Source: an uncultured Phycisphaerales bacterium (GTDB lineage: Bacteria > Planctomycetota > B15-G4 > CAYZWU01). From it: 64,000 nucleotides of DNA. Below, one piece after another: positions 63,905 to 64,000 of this stretch. Every line of letters begins with the position of its first letter. Position 1 is the first letter of the stretch. The position numbers and the translations under genes were made by a program. The notes under the pieces are model-generated. The model saw only the letters and a list, made by a program, of their open reading frames with translations. It searched no databases and was not told the origin of the DNA. The stretch lies in assembly GCA_964633825.1 (NCBI GenBank), contig CAZWHE010000002.1, positions 4,653 to 68,652 on the forward strand. Reading direction: 5' to 3'.

Positions 63905-64000
63905 GATGAACCTCCTCTTAAAAACAAAGGATCAAAAACGCAAGCTCTCTACAAGCACCGGGCACGGCCGTAAAAAAGCTTTCACGAAAAAACGAAAAAA

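Noticed and set aside
1-64000. CRISPR arrays, tRNA/rRNA genes, transposases or integrases, and restriction-modification or other recognisable defence genes.
   Set aside because: No regularly spaced direct repeats were seen and no cloverleaf-like segments in intergenic regions. No DDE/tyrosine-recombinase motifs or methyltransferase/endonuclease motifs were found. The only repeats are short in-frame coding duplications and the pseudopilin paralogy.

Overview
This 64-kb window is a high-GC (roughly 60%) bacterial chromosome segment, probably from a Gram-negative organism, and most of it is a cell-surface polymer and secretion neighbourhood. No rRNA, tRNA, CRISPR array, transposase or integrase was recognised. 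The high GC produces many long antisense or shadow ORFs that I treat as artefacts.

- **5' edge (1-1013):** the 3' end of an FG-GAP repeat protein and an acylphosphatase.
- **Pilus/secretion locus (1217-10372, all minus strand):** a compact type IV pilus / type II secretion-like locus. It encodes a PilN/O-like membrane protein, a PilP/GspC-like protein, a short lipoprotein secretin, three tandem GspG-like pseudopilins, an intrinsic terminator, then a GspE/PilB ATPase, a GspF/PilC platform protein and a fourth pseudopilin.
- **Exopolysaccharide (EPS) locus (about 10.3-39 kb, divergent from the pilus locus):**
  - Export and initiation: a Wza-like exporter, a split Wzc (chain-length determinant plus a tyrosine-kinase-like ATPase whose Walker A lacks the lysine), and a priming sugar-phosphate transferase fused to a degenerate GGDEF domain.
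  - Sugar synthesis and assembly: a WbpB/WbpD/WbpE-like triad for a 2,3-diacetamido sugar, a Wzy-like polymerase, a Wzx flippase, and GT2/GT4 glycosyltransferases (one GT4 carries an in-frame TGA).
  - Tailoring genes: AsnB-type amidotransferase, acyl carrier protein, acyl-CoA ligase, NadE-like ATPase, sulfotransferase, two hexapeptide acetyltransferases, a pyruvyl transferase with its FrhB-like Fe-S partner, and a B12-binding radical SAM enzyme.
  - Secreted or periplasmic proteins: a beta-helix lipoprotein, a secreted hypothetical and a PD40 beta-propeller.
- **Regulatory block (39-51 kb):**
  - An ECF sigma / zinc-finger anti-sigma / double-PDZ lipoprotein module.
  - A BlaI/BlaR1-like pair with a coiled-coil secreted protein.
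  - A second ECF sigma next to a TonB-dependent receptor and a YfiR (DUF4154) protein.
  - A sulfatase-like enzyme.
- **3' region (51-64 kb):**
  - A small low-GC islet with tiny ORFs and a decayed GNAT remnant.
  - A membrane-fused spermidine-synthase-like protein.
  - A second secreted beta-helix protein.
  - A Ser/Thr kinase with TPR repeats.
  - DinB (DNA polymerase IV).
  - A multiply disrupted alkaline-phosphatase-family pseudogene.
  - A secreted repeat protein.

The most interesting candidates are:

- The minimal pilus-like apparatus coupled to the EPS locus.
- The GGDEF-like/priming-transferase fusion.
- The lysine-less tyrosine-kinase paralogue.
- The triplicated long-tailed pseudopilins.
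- The unusually dense set of EPS tailoring genes.
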